This document shows positions 48,656 to 61,689 of a DNA stretch of 64,000 nucleotides, one piece after another. The notes below the pieces were generated by a model. That model ran no database searches, was not told where the DNA came from, and worked only from the letters and a program-made list of their open reading frames with translations. The stretch comes from the human T2T-CHM13v2.0 reference genome, Homo sapiens: NCBI RefSeq assembly GCF_009914755.1, contig NC_060929.1, one strand, 5' to 3'. The position numbers were made by a program, and so were the translations under genes. Each line of letters starts with the position of its first letter. The first letter of the stretch is position 1.

Positions 48656-49524
48656 TGAAAAGCCATCTTGTAAAAAAAAGTAGGGTTGATCAGGAGGGGC
48701 AGGACTCATTTGTTCATTCATTCATAACTAAACACTTATTTCTCTTCTAACATGGATGAAATGCTAGATCACGTTTATCAAAGATATAAAACAACCTCTC
48801 CTGCCTTTAAGAAGCTCATATTCTGTTCAGGGTGGTAACACATACAAGTAACCATTCAAGGTAAATTTTCAAACCTATCTCACTGTCTTAAGTCCTCTTT
48901 ACAAAGTAACTTTTCTATTTTTACTCTTTGGACAATTTGGATATTCCATCTAGAGTTTCTTTTACTTGGCCTAAAATTAAATTTAACTAGTCCCAGTGGA
49001 ATTGTGGTGCCTTTCTTGTTCCTGTCTATTGTTTGCCAAGAGCCCATGGGTATAGTGGTGAGCTATCACAATATCCAGTAGATGCTACACAACACTGAAA
49101 AATATTTTTTGATTGTGCCTAAATAGCAAACAGCAATGGATTCCTCAGCCATTTCCCTGCCATCTCAGGAACTGCCTTCAAATATGAAGAGTGATTTCCG
49201 TTTTGCCTTTTTTCTCTTCCAGATTAATAAAAACCCAAGGACCTGAGCTCTGATGAACTACCTATGGAATTTCCTTTGAGTTTATTTTTTTCTCTCAAAT
49301 TCAAGACACTATTTTTTACTTCCTTCTTGATTTTTTTCCCAGAAATATTTTTATCTTTTTTTAAATAATTTATCCAAACTTCAGTAATAGGCCTGCTCCC
49401 TGGAGATAGGGAGCTTGAGTTGGCAAGAGACACTTTCTAGTAGCTTAATGCAAATTGCGAGAGAATATCTGCTAAGCAGACAAATTACAAAGGTGGTTCC
49501 TCCCAGCTGATGAATTACACAAAG

Positions 49525-49538
49525 GCGCCCCCTCCAGG
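49525..49538 (-). promoter_or_regulatory. Candidate CTCF motif CCTGGAGGGGGCGC
   Basis: Close match to the CCASYAGRKGGCRS consensus with its CpG retained; binding untested. Confidence 0.5.
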
Positions 49539-49659
49539 CAGAGGAGTTGTAAAAAAGGTACCCACTCCAGGCAAATGATTACAAAAAGGGCAGCTGTTCA
49601 TCCCCACTGGCATACAGGTTTTCAAGCAAACCAGGGTTGTATCCAAACCCCCACCAGCC

Positions 49660-50100
49660 CCCAGGCCAGTTCCCTGGTTCCTATTCTGAGATGGAGATTA
49701 GCATGCAGGTGGTTTATCAGGATGTGCTCCTAGAGTAACACCTGTGGAAGGAAAGGGACTGGAAAGGAAAGAAGCAGGATTGGGCGGGGGAAGAAGTTGA
49801 GCTGTGATACAGTTTCCACAGAGACCTCAGGGGACCCTACTGAGAGTTCTGAGATGAGAAAATCATTCAGAACTGTCTCAAGTTGGAACAAGGGGACTGG
49901 CCCTTTAGATCCCCATGTTGGTTAGTCTTTGGACACAGTCAGCCCCAGCAGAAAGGCTCTCTTTAGCAGTGGCAGTCCTACAAGGGACAACCGAGGGCAT
50001 CTGCCTGCTGGAAGCTCTCCCAGCAAATAGGAAAGTAAGTCGTTCATTCCTGAAGGGGACTCTGGGCAATGTGCCGGAACTGCCACTGCACACACCTGCA
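49660..50100 (-). mobile_element. LTR16-like ERVL solo LTR
   Basis: tctgagatggagattagcatgcagg ... gaagcaggattgggc ... gaagttgagctgtgat. Confidence 0.75.
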
Positions 50101-51682
50101 CAACCGTATTCATCCTTTTTAGCTTTGGACAGCCCTCCAGTGCTGCCTTGGTGCTGTCCACATTAGCATGTTCTTCCCCTCCCAGAGCCATGACTTTAGA
50201 TTTGTAAGCTCCACACCAAGCACAGAACAGCCTCAACACAAACCTGCTCGATGCTGAGAGAATACCAAGACCAACAACAGAAGCACCACTCAGAGAAACC
50301 ATAGCTGGAATTTGGGGATCCTGACCTACGAATTCAAAACAAAGAAATCGCAACGTAAGTGTCCAGGAAATTTTAAGGAGAAATGAAACACAAATCTCAA
50401 GTCCGTTGGACAGAAGGAATTCTGAGGAAAACTGGGACTTCTCAGTTTTCTGGGAAAGAGAAGGGAAGAGCCATTCCAAGGAAGAGGCAGGGCTGACTCA
50501 AGCAGCTGGAGGAAGGGGAGGGGCTTTGTCTGCTGCTGGCTGAATTGGACGAGGCAAAGGACTAAACTGCTGCCGAGAAGGATGGCAGCTGAGGGACCAA
50601 AAGAAAGGGGCCCACATTAAGGCAGGCTCTGGGTAGTGTCAGTGCCAGGTTAATCCTGGAATCAAGAGGATTCCTAGACTAAGCTGGTAAAAAGAAGAAA
50701 AAAAGGTGAAAGTCTACCTGGCCATTGAAAGGGGGATATCCTGGGTTCAATCCTTGTGCCTGACACAGAGAAATACCTCAGAGATAGTGTCTGGAATCGA
50801 GGGAGAGAGGCTCTGTCCATGTATGTGAACTACAGCCCTGTGGCCAGAATAAGGCTTTGTGGCTCAGAAACTGAGTCTGTAGGCTGTGACACTGGACATG
50901 TAGGGCCACATTTGGAGCCCTGAGAAGCAGCTCAGGTGCTAAGAGGCACATGAGGGCCTGGAAGAAATAGGATTTTATGAATCATGGACACCCCCTGAAA
51001 GTCACATTTAGTATAATTTACTATCCAAACACATGGCCAGGCCTGGGGAAATATTTGTTCTTACCTCTCAGTTATAAAAACCTCAAATACAGAGCTGAGA
51101 ACTCCAAGGGATAAAACCAGGATATGTAGACATGCTTTCACTGAAAGGGTTCATGTGTGATTTCAGCAGGATAAGCACAAAGCTTACACTGACTACTGCA
51201 CTCCAAAAAAAAGGATGCATTCCGTGTAAGAAGAGAATTCCCTGGACTAACGTTCCCACTTAGCCTTCACCATTGGAGACCTGCAATCTCCCTGATATCC
51301 TCCTAGATCTGAGGATGGAAGGAAATGAGACAAACCCAAATGACACCATTGTATTCTCTGGTGTCTGTTCCTTAAATGGCATGTCACAGGTTTCAAGAAT
51401 CCATGGAGGTTGCGATTCGTCTTTGTGTAGTGCAAAGATGTGTGGATGAAAAGATGGCTCTGCTCTGCCTCTCATTGCCACTATTAACAACAGCCAGTCT
51501 CTAGCTCTGATCATTGAGCACTAGCTAATTCGGAAGCATGCCCTGGTACTGTGAAAGTTAGCCTTCTGCAGAAGAGGCAGGTTGGTTTTCAGATCTTGCC
51601 AAAGGAAGGTTGGATATGGGGTCTCTTAATAGAGTCTTTGGGTCTTGCAATATGCTTACAGTTAGGGGTTTCTACTGAAGGG

Positions 51683-52461
51683 TGTATGGGGAAAAACTCT
51701 CTTTCTAACTGCATTTTCCCTCTACTCTTACACCACCACAACAACAATCATCAACACAGAAGACTTCCCAACACAGAATGTGTGGAGTTTTTCCCCACAC
51801 ACCAAGCAGCAGACTCCAGCTGGGTGTCCTCCAATTCAGTTCTGATGCTACCTACCCAGAGATAGTGTCAGATCTGGCCTGTTGGGGGCTCAGTCCCCAA
51901 CATTGCTCCCCACACCCCCCAGACACCAGTCGCAAGTCTGGGCCTCTGAAACTTCTGACAAACTGGCTTCAAGTTGAGGTTCCCAAAACTCCTTCTTGGA
52001 GTTCGATTAATTGGCCGAAAGGATTCACAGAACTCAAGGAAATAATTACTTACACTTACCACTTTATTATAAAGGGGATTACAAGGGATACAGATGAAGA
52101 CACATGTAGGGCAAGGTATGGGGAAAGGGGTATGGAGCCCACCTGGTGCCCTGGGTTCAAGAACCTCCACATGTTCAGCTATCTGGAAGCTCACTGAACC
52201 CTGGTCCTCTTGGGTTTTTAAGAAGGCTTCATGACATCAGCATTCCTTCCCCTGAGGTATAAGGAAGGACCCTCTCTTGGGAGGGGCTTAAGGCCCACAA
52301 TCAGAAAGGCAGGGAACATTAGAGTCCTGCCTTAGGCAAGGCGAAAGGAGGGCAGGAGAAGGTCCAGGGCTGCCCCTGAGACCTCACACACCTAACAGTG
52401 TAACGAAAGACTGGAACAAGGGCTATGGGAGTAATGAGCCAGGAACTGTGGCTGTAAACCA

Positions 52462-52463
<2 letters not shown>
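51683..52463 (-). mobile_element. MER21 LTR
   Basis: cccacacaccaagcagc ... ccagctgggtgtcctccaattcagttctga ... gagatagtgtcagatc ... gagccaggaactgtgg. Confidence 0.88.

Positions 52464-52493
<30 letters not shown>
52464..52493. repeat. (TG)n microsatellite
   Basis: Seen directly. Confidence 0.95.
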
Positions 52494-52495
<2 letters not shown>

Positions 52496-52754
52496 GGAAG
52501 GGAGTGAAACTCAAGGAAGAAAAGCCTGATCACATCTGCTGGCTCTTGATTAAGTGGAAGGGAGTGAGTTCTGGAAACTTCTTCAATCACCTATCATTGC
52601 TCTTAGCCAATCATAGACCACACTTGTGAAATCTAAGTTGAGGAAAAACCCACAGAAGGGAAACATTCCTATATAAAATTTTTTCCCTGATGTTTAAACT
52701 ACCTTAAAACTAAATTCCATAGTGTTTAAGCCACCTTAAAACTAAAAATTAAAT

Positions 52755-53130
52755 GAATATTTATTGAGTCTCTACTATATGCCAAGTACTGTGCCACTTC
52801 CTAGAGACAAGCAGTCAACAAAAACAGATTTAGTTTCTATCTTCCTGGAGCTAATGCTCTTATGAGAAGACCTAGTGCGTGAGCAATTGATAAATAATAG
52901 CATCTCTCATAGATGCCTGCAGAAAAGCAACGTGGTGCTTGGAGAGCATAACAGAGAGGGGTTTAGCTGAGTCCCAGAGACCATGGAACAGTTCCTTTAA
53001 AAATGAAGAACTGAACTGAAATTTAAAGAATGGCTAAGAGTGAACTCAGCAATGGATCAGGGTCAGGATAATATAAGCAAAAGAACAAGCTTCACTAAAG
53101 CCAGTGAGATCAGAGAGAGCTAGACAAGTG
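52755..53130 (-). mobile_element. L2 fragment
   Basis: aatatttattgagtctctactatatgccaagtactgtgc. Confidence 0.7.
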
Positions 53131-53409
53131 TAGTGGGAAATAACTTGGATCAGTGACTCAAAACCTAAAAATGTGTCAATGCTGGGGCTTCAGGCACTGT
53201 GATAGACAGAGGGAGAAATTTTAAGGACAGGTGACGATTGTGTTGTCCTCAAATTGTGCTACATGTGAAGCCAACTACATGATATGCTCATGAGTCCACC
53301 CCACCCCGCAAGTCCTCCCTGGACTCAGCCTTTCAATCGGAATAATGAGATGATCACTGTAGCTCAGAGGAACGAAGTATAATTCAAGACCTACATGATA
53401 GAATAATAG

Positions 53410-53570
53410 AGTTTTGTAACTGAAGGGGTCCTCTGAGGTCAATTAACCACGCCCCTCATTTTACAGATAACCAAAGTGAGGCCCAAAAAGATTGAGCTGC
53501 TTGCCCAATGTCACACCCCTAGTTAGTCGTGCAACACAGACCAGATTTCTGCCTCTTAGTAACTATGTAT
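53410..53570 (-). mobile_element. MIR
   Basis: cccctcattttacagataaccaaagtgaggccc ... cttgcccaatgtcacac. Confidence 0.75.
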
Positions 53571-54133
53571 TTCTTCCTCCTAAGGTCAGGTGCCACAATG
53601 TACTTCCCAGCACTCACCTATTTGGATACATCCATGCCAGCTGTGATAGGCATGTTTTCACACATTTGCCCCACCCATACCCCCTTATGGTCGACTTTTC
53701 CTCCTGGCTATAGCCCTTCTTGTCCTAAATTTATTTGGTACCATGTGAACTGTGCCCTACCTCATACCCGGGTACAGCTGATTGTGTCACAGTGGGAGCT
53801 CTGGAATTAACAGGTATTGTCTCTGCCATGCTTCATTCTATCACTCTTTCCATGTTTCTTTGGAATCTAAACTCTTCTTTCCCATGGACAATTCTTCATC
53901 CCCACTCCCAGTCCTGGCCTAGTCACTCAGACTATCCCACCAGAGTACTTTCTAGGACTTTTCTGCTGTAGCTATTGAGAAAGTTCTACAGTCACCAGAG
54001 TAGACCCACTTTCTCCTGAGAGATGGGGAATCAGACAAGGTAAGTGAAGCCTGTGGATTCAGCCAAAGCTGAAGCCAGCTGTACCTATTTTAGTAATGTG
54101 AGCCAATACATTCCTTTTTTAAAACTTAAGTGG

Positions 54134-54486
54134 TGTATTAATTCATTCTCACACCACCATAAAGAACTGCCTGAGACTGGGTAATTATAAAGAAAGGAGG
54201 TTTAATTGACTCACAGTTCCGCATGGCTGGGAAGGTCTCAGGAAACTTACAATCACACCAGAAGGCACCTCTTCACAGGGTGGCAGGAAATAGAAGCAAT
54301 CAAGACAAGAACTACCAAACACTTATAAAACCATCAGCTCTCATGGGAACTCACTCACTATCATGAGAAAAGCATGGGGGGAACTACCCCATGATCCAAT
54401 CACCTCCCACCAGGTTTCTCCCTCAACACCTGGGAATTACAATTCAAGATGAGATTTGGGTGGGGACAGAGAACCTAACCATATCA
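54134..54486 (-). mobile_element. THE1C/D solo LTR inserted in the 3' end of an older MLT1 LTR (~53990-54541)
   Basis: gaactgcctgagactgggtaatt, gaaggcacctcttcacagggtggcagg, gagatttgggtggggac..ccatatca; TSD agtgg/aatgg. Confidence 0.9.
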
Positions 54487-54769
54487 AATGGTTTTTATAC
54501 TGGGTTTCTGTTGCCATAGCACCAAAAAATAACTAGAATACACAGTGAAAGAGCTGCAATAGATGAATTTTTTTTGAAAGATGAATTAGTTGACCTGCTA
54601 CCAAGTAGAATTTTTCTCTCAAAAATTTATAGTGATATACTCAGTGGTCATCCTTTAGTCAAACAATGTGCAGGAAGTCTAGAAATATAAAGGTTATATG
54701 GAGTTGAGAAAGAAATTACTGCTGAAACAAGGCAACACCTGTCCAAGCTAAGGTAATGGGAAACCAAAA

Positions 54770-54995
54770 CAGAGCCAAATTGCCTGGGTCTGAGACCCAA
54801 CTCTGCCACACGCTAACTACATGATCCTGGGTAAGCTTCTCTACCTCCACATGCTTCATTGTACTCATCTGAGAAGGGTATAAAAATAGTACCTGCCTCA
54901 ATGGGGTTGTTGTGAGGACTAAACACACAAATACATGTGAAGCATTAGAACAGAGCTTGTGCAGATTTAATAGTAAGTGTTAGCTATTATTATAG
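54770..54995 (+). mobile_element. MIR
   Basis: ctctgccacacgctaact ... aatagtacctgcctcaatggggttgttgtgagg. Confidence 0.8.
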
Positions 54996-55295
54996 GTATT
55001 ATGTGATTATTGTTATTAAGATTATGGTTAAGCAGAAAAGCCCAGTGGACAGAAAGGGCCTGGCATAAAGAAGCTAACAGTCATATGGTCATTGGGCCAC
55101 AGAGGGAGAGACAGGAGTTGTCACTTCTCCAGTTCCCATAGGACCAGCCATACTTCATAAGCTTTCTGTATCCTCAAAACTACCCATCGACCCACTTTTC
55201 TTTTTTTAACTTTGGCCCCTCTGACTGGCTTTCTGTTTCTTGCCATCACACAAGCCTAGACAAAAGCATGGCATTTGCACAGCACGATGAAGGAC

Positions 55296-55309
55296 CAACC
55301 AGATGGCAC
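55296..55309 (+). promoter_or_regulatory. Candidate CTCF motif CAACCAGATGGCAC
   Basis: One mismatch to CCACCAGATGGCAC, followed by TG; binding untested. Confidence 0.45.
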
Positions 55310-56194
55310 TGCCCTGCTCCGCACCATCAACTGTGCCCCAGCTTTTCTCTAACATGTATTCTCTCCTTCAAAATCCATCTTAGTTCTGCAAAAACAGCTC
55401 AAAAGCAAATGCCTCCCAGCAAAGCCAACATCATCTCAGCCATGTGGAAGGCATGTTATGCCAGCCATAACACAGTGGTTGCCATGGCTTGTAAGAGGAT
55501 GAGAGGGGATCCTCGAAGTTTCCACCTTCGAAGGGCAGGTAGATCATTTCCTCTCTAGGGATCAGGCATCCAGGATTGCCATGTGAATCCAAAGTCTTTC
55601 TAACACTCTCTTTGCTAAGTTCTATTCATAGAAAACCTTGGCCTGCCTCCAGGTCCATGTCACATTGTTTGTGACAATGAGGAATGAGGATGTACTCAGC
55701 TTTTTCAGAAAAACAAGCTCATGTTTTCAAGACATTAAGGGCAAAACTTTTCCCACAGCATAGAGTGAAGTCCTCTTCATCATACCCAAGGTGCATCATT
55801 CCAAAACTCACAAACAAAACGCCCCCTACAAAGAAATCCCAAAGCCACACACATTCCAACTTCCTGGTCAGTAAACAATGTGTCTGAGAAGATTTACCCC
55901 GATGCCGGGCCCAATTCCTCCCCAGGAAACGGACTCTTTCTCGTACCTTTTCTCTCCTTACTTCAAAACACATAAAAGACTAAATGAGGGCAGCTGAGTC
56001 CACACTCAAGGACAAGAAAACAGCCTCTGGGAGAAGTGAAAATTCTGACCCTGTTTTTCCATCTGAATTTTCACCCATCAAGCTAAGGCAGGTCTAAACA
56101 TTCTCACTCATCCTGAGATTCCAGAATTTCAGAATTACAACCTTGACATACCAGGACAGTCTCTGTAACTGCTACCAACCCACAAAGATGGAAA

Positions 56195-56549
56195 CACAAA
56201 TTCTCCTCTACATATGGTGGGGTTACACCGCAGTAAACCCATTGTAAGTTGAAAATATCATAAGTTGAAAATGCATTTGGTGCATCTAACCTGCTGGACA
56301 TCACAGCTTAGCCTGGCCTACCTTAAATGTGCTCACAACACTTACATTAGAGCAAAATCATCTATACAAAGCCCATTCCATAATAAAGTGTTGAATGTCT
56401 TATGCAATTTATTGGATACTGTACTGAAAGTGAGAAACAGAATGGCTGTATGGGTATTCAAAGTATGGTTTCTACTGCATGGGTATTGCTTTCACAAGTT
56501 TGTAAAGTCAAAAAATCATAAGTTGAACCATCATCAAAGAACCATCTGT
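56195..56549 (+). mobile_element. MER47A (Tigger-family) DNA transposon
   Basis: gggttacacc..taaacccattgtaagttgaaaatatc ... agcttagcctggcctaccttaaa ... aaccatctgta. Confidence 0.88.
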
Positions 56550-56854
56550 ATAGAAATATAACAGTTATCAACTACAGTATTCCTCTGAAAATTGATTATT
56601 AATCTTGCTTGAATAGGAACAAAATAGATAAACATAGCTAATTCCTTCTTTTTACTGCCCGGAAAGTAATTGCACATAAAAGAAGATAACCATTGACTAG
56701 GTGTGGTACTTTACAAGTGACAGTGATCATAGGGTTAAAAAGAGCCTTGCATCTACCCTGGGAACTCCTCCCCAGCATCCCTGGCATATTATCTCACTTG
56801 GGTGTGGACACCTCTAATCATTGCCTTTACTTGCTGCAGGAGTTGGAGCCAGTA

Positions 56855-57148
56855 TTTTTTTTTAAATACTTTAAGTTTTAGGGTACATGTGCACCACGTG
56901 CAGGTTTGTTACATATGTATACATGTGCCATGTTGGTGTGCTGCACCCATTAATTCATCATTTAATATTAGGTGTATCTCCTAATGCTATCCCTCCCCCC
57001 TCCCCCCACCCCACAACAGTCCCCGGTGCATGATGTTCCCCTTCCTGTGTCCATGTGTTCTCATTGTTCAATTCCCACCTATGAGTGAGAACATGCGGTG
57101 TTTGGTTTTTTGTCCTTGTGATAGTTTGCTGAGAATGATGGTTTCCAG
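56855..57148 (-). mobile_element. Short 3' fragment of a young L1PA (L1PA3-4-like)
   Basis: tactttaagttttagggtacatgtgcac ... ctcctaatgctatccctccccc ... gagaatgatggtttccag. Confidence 0.92.
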
Positions 57149-58152
57149 TCTTGACATGGTCCTCCTAGGCACTGCTTCACTTCCACCTGCAAAAGCAGGT
57201 GTTCTGGCACCTTAATGAGGCAGACCTCGGCCTTTCCTGCTGCTTCTGGGTGTCACTGCTCCCATGCAGACTCAGGGATGGGGCACAGCATATGTAGGGC
57301 CTCCTTCAAACTACAGGGCATGGAGCAAGGGGGCAGTACCATTCCAAGCATATTTCGTAGGAGTAGCAGCTTTTCAAAGTTTTTCACAGGTGTTATATTG
57401 ACATACTTATTGTAAAGACAAGGAGGAAAAGGAAGCAACATGGAATGGGTGAACAAAATATCAACGATCATTTTCTAACATTTATTTTGACTTAATTACA
57501 GAAAGAGAGAAAAGCTTCAAAAATAGAAAGGAAAAAACGACCCATAAACCCTCTGTACGGATTCTTTAAATCTTAATGTTTTATCACCTTTATTTTATCA
57601 ATCTCTTTCTCAATATGTATATATTTATATTATATGTTGTCTGTCCTGTTTGAGCATAAGTTGCAGCCATTTAGGTGACTTTGACAGGAAGAGAGTTTTT
57701 AAAAATATGCTTCAAGAGAAAGAAGAGAAAATCATAGATATTAAATAAATCTTTTAAAAGACAATTTTGTCTTAAGGCAATTGTGAATAATAATGTTTTT
57801 GTCTTTGACACCAAATAAATCATTTCAGTTTAAAAAAATCACTGGTCAGATACTGAGACAAGTGAAGGGGCAGCCAAAGGGTGACTGCTTCCCCCAACCA
57901 TCCCCCGATGGCCCAGCCCTTCCCCCGACACTGGTTCTATCTATGCCCCCGCTCCATCCATTGAGGAGCTTCATCCAACTCCAAAGACATTTGAGGAACA
58001 CACTGGTGCTTCTTCCAAAAGTGCCATTAACACAGGTGACTTCAGGTGGGCCCCTATTTCCTAACTCCACAAAACCACAGGGCAAGTTTCTTGGTCCCCC
58101 AAGGCACTCCTTCCTGCCTAAATTCTACTCCTAATTATCATCTTATATATAT

Positions 58153-58731
58153 GTGATGGGGTTCAGGGCATGCCACCCCTAAAGATTACTGTAGAAGACC
58201 AGAATATGTCACCCTAAATATGCCTCTGTGGCACAAGGATTATTTTGAGCTGGTTATTTTGGAAAACAGCTGACACAGGAGTAGCTCTGAAAAGTTGCCC
58301 TATTTTTATAAGAGAAATTTACATCTATAAGGAAAGTCTGCATTTGTTAGGGTGTCTTTCTGTCTCTGTGCCAGGAAGAGAAATACAGCTAAATCACTAG
58401 AGATGCATAATCAACGGAGAAGGCATCAATTTACCTCTGCAAAACAAGCCCTCATTTTACAGTGCTTTTCCTGGCCATCTATCTCATCTTCACCAGGTCT
58501 TTCCCCACACTCTTCTTTCCTTGTTTCAGCAAATGATGGTATTTCAGCCTGAAGTCTAAGACACCTCTTTGAGATCTATTCCAAAAATGTACTCATTTTT
58601 CTGGGTTATCTCCCATGTATACATGTTATTAAACTGCTGTTTGTTTTTCTGTTATTGATCTGTCTTTTGTCACAGAGAGTCCCAGCCAAGAACTATACAG
58701 GGTAGACAGAAAATTATTTTTCCTCCCCTAA
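58153..58731 (+). mobile_element. MER34/MER39-like ERV1 solo LTR
   Basis: ggggttcagggcatgccaccc, aggattattttgagctg, attaaactgctgtttgttttt, tttttcctccccta. Confidence 0.8.
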
Positions 58732-60339
58732 ATACATCTTGGTTTTCACCAAAACAGTACTGCCCAAGTTAATGAACATCTCATTGGCCAGACAGGACTC
58801 TAAGTGGTTTTGACTACATCCAAAAATGAAATCCATCTACAAGGAAGAATATTTGTCACAGTTGAGCTATTCACTAAAATGGGCCACCAGGCCTGAGGTT
58901 AACCCAAAGAGGAGCTTCAAAGAGCCTTGGAGCAATGGAGCAGCACTGGAACACAAAGAAAGCAACTGTAGTTCTTTATCTCAGCGGCAACAATCTGGCA
59001 AAAATATCTATTAGCTCTGGCACCTGCACCACCCATGCTGCCCTGTGCTCTCCGAACCAGTTGATTCAACAGGTGGTTTTTTTGTTTGTTTTTGTTTTTG
59101 TTACCATTTTGGGAGGCATTCTATACCTACCCATAAATTACATTGTTGTTGAAGTTAGTCAGTTTTTTCACTTTTCTGTTTTGTTTTACTTGCATCCAAA
59201 GAAACATAAACTACGGCACATGATTAAACTATGCTCCTTTGCCTTTCAGTATTCTTTGTTCCGTCTCTACAGCTATTCCAGTTTTCTATGTTCCATCTCC
59301 ACAGCTTCTCCACAGGGCTTCTTAAAGACGGAACCATAACTTTTCATCTTCTCACTCTGCTTCCATTGACATAGTGCAGAATAAATGTTCCTCCACCAAG
59401 ACTGTCTAACTAAGTGCTAATTGGTAAAACATTAAATAGCCCTGAACTAGACTTACTCGACTTTCTCCTAATTTTTAAAACTGGATATTGCTTTTATATC
59501 AATTTATTGAAAAGAGTCCAGTTTCAAATTCCTCTAGTTTCTATAAGCCATAAAACAATTTCATGAAATGGTATTCAAAATCTACGTGTCTCCAGTCTCA
59601 GATCTGTCAGCAGCTCTGATGCATTAAATAACTGGAAAGTCAACCACGATCCTGGATTTCCTAGGTTGTTTTCAAACCAAGAACTTTACTGGTGCCAAGA
59701 CTAGCAGGAGTTCCTGAACTGGCCAACATTCCTTGAATTTCCTTTGAGAGGTGAAAAAAAAAATAAAAGGGTAGCTTAAAATGCATTATATAAGAAAGAA
59801 AGGTATGAGCAACTTAAGGGGAAACTACAAAGGAAGCGGGCCAAGTCCCAAAATAAAAGGCAGGAATAGAAGACTAAAAATAACACACAGGGAAGTGTGC
59901 CACATCTGTAGGGGTCCCTTGCATTCTCCTGAAGCATTGTGCCTTTTTTTTTCTCAAGAGCATGCTAATAATTGTGTGGAGATTTAAATAGAACGCTACT
60001 ATTTGTTCTTTAAAAATAGTCACTTCTTTTGTAGGATTGTGAGAGTTTCAGATGATATTAATTGAATTTCACTCATTGCAATTTTCTTTCTATGGATATC
60101 TTCAAGTTTGCTAAGAAGTTAGTAGATTTTCTTCAATCTTTTTATCTAGCCTTCTTGAATAGAAAATGTAAAATATTTTAAATGTTTCAGTCTTGTGGCA
60201 AATTATTGGACACTTAAAATACAAAAAAAATGAGGTTGGCTTTTATAATAACACAAATTATCTGCCATCTATTGGAAAGATTAGGATATGGCAGACACAG
60301 TGTTAGAATTCACTGGCATATCTAAAACATGTGCAAAGA

Positions 60340-60500
60340 TTCTTACAACTTTGCACATGAGCCATTACCCACACTTCACACACAACACACTGAGAGGCAT
60401 CGTGGTTGAATAACCCATCTGAGGCCAATAGCTACTGAGTAGTGTAGTGGGTGAATCCTGCCTCCCTCTGACTCAAAAACGCTAGAGTCCTTGTCCTTCC
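60340..60500 (-). mobile_element. MIR fragment
   Basis: cttacaactttg ... cattaccccacttcac ... ctgcctccctctgactcaaaa. Confidence 0.45.
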
Positions 60501-61689
60501 ACAGTACTTTAAGATGATCAAAAATATTTTTTAAATAGGCTAATTATGTATAGTTAGCTCAGAGCCATCAGTAGGATATCTGTTGCTCTCTTAGTCGGTT
60601 TTGCTTACTTTGGAAAACGTAAAATTGGATTTATATTTAAATTCCACACATCTCATAACTAACATAGGTACCATTCCTCCTGGGTATAAGGTTCATCTTC
60701 CACCACTCAATCAACTATTCGATTATTATGACAATTATTTCTCTCCCTTAGGAGAAATATGTTACGATAGATTTTAAGAAAATGGGAACCTCATATAGTG
60801 GGAACTGTCTAGGAGAGGTCATTCACGATGTGTGTTTAATAATTGCTTCCAAGTTGTTAATTCCTGTTTTCTCTAGACACAACAGAAACAGGAAATATTT
60901 ACCAACTTCACAGGTGTCAGGAAATACTTTTAAAACCCTGGTAGCCTGGGTCGCCCACTGAAGCAGATAGCTTTTCTGCGCATAGGTGCAGAAGGTACAT
61001 TGTAATTTAAAATGTGTACTTTGGTCCAGATAATCTAAGGATTCACAGGCATTGCTTCTGTTGAACCAAGGATATTTTCCAGAAGAGAGTTGCAGTGTAT
61101 GCACATGTGCTTTGTAGCCTTTCTAGCATTTACTAGAAAACTAGAATTCTCTACATTTACTTAATTTGAAATTCTATTTCCATATCTAACAATGTGCCAA
61201 GATGAAAAAATACGTCTCAAAACTACTGAAATATAGGATCATGTTCTTAAGTCACATTTTGTGTAGTAAGCCACTGACTTGTTTTGACATTGCAGTCTAC
61301 GTTTTCAAAAACTGGACAGAGCTCCATTTTTTCCTAATTATAAAAGTAACTGCAAAAATTTCAGAAAACAGCTAAAAATATAAAGAATAAAATAAGTGTC
61401 ACTGATAACACCTGGATTTATAGCCGTTTAAATATTTTTTCACAAAAATAAGACTATTCATATGGCATTGTAACTTACCTTTTTTTGCTTAATATACAGT
61501 AGAAGTGCTTTTAGGCAAACTTCACTTAATCATCTCACTGAAATCACCAACCGTGTCCATTCTCTCCCCCAAAACACAAAAGTATCGACATGGAGTACAC
61601 TGATGGACCAGGCTGGCAGCACCCCCCAACCCCGCCCCACCCGGGATGTACCTGTTACTTGCACTACCACTGTTGAATTAAAAATATAC

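Noticed and set aside
49922-50479. 185-aa minus-strand ORF
   Set aside because: Partly inside an LTR16-like element, non-ATG start, no recognisable homology.
50350-50770. Possible ancient Gypsy-type LTR or AP-1 enhancer (tgactca near 50496)
   Set aside because: I could not match it to a family or define its ends from sequence alone.
52691-52746. 24-bp direct repeat tgtttaa..accttaaaactaaa
   Set aside because: Only two copies; ordinary micro-duplication.
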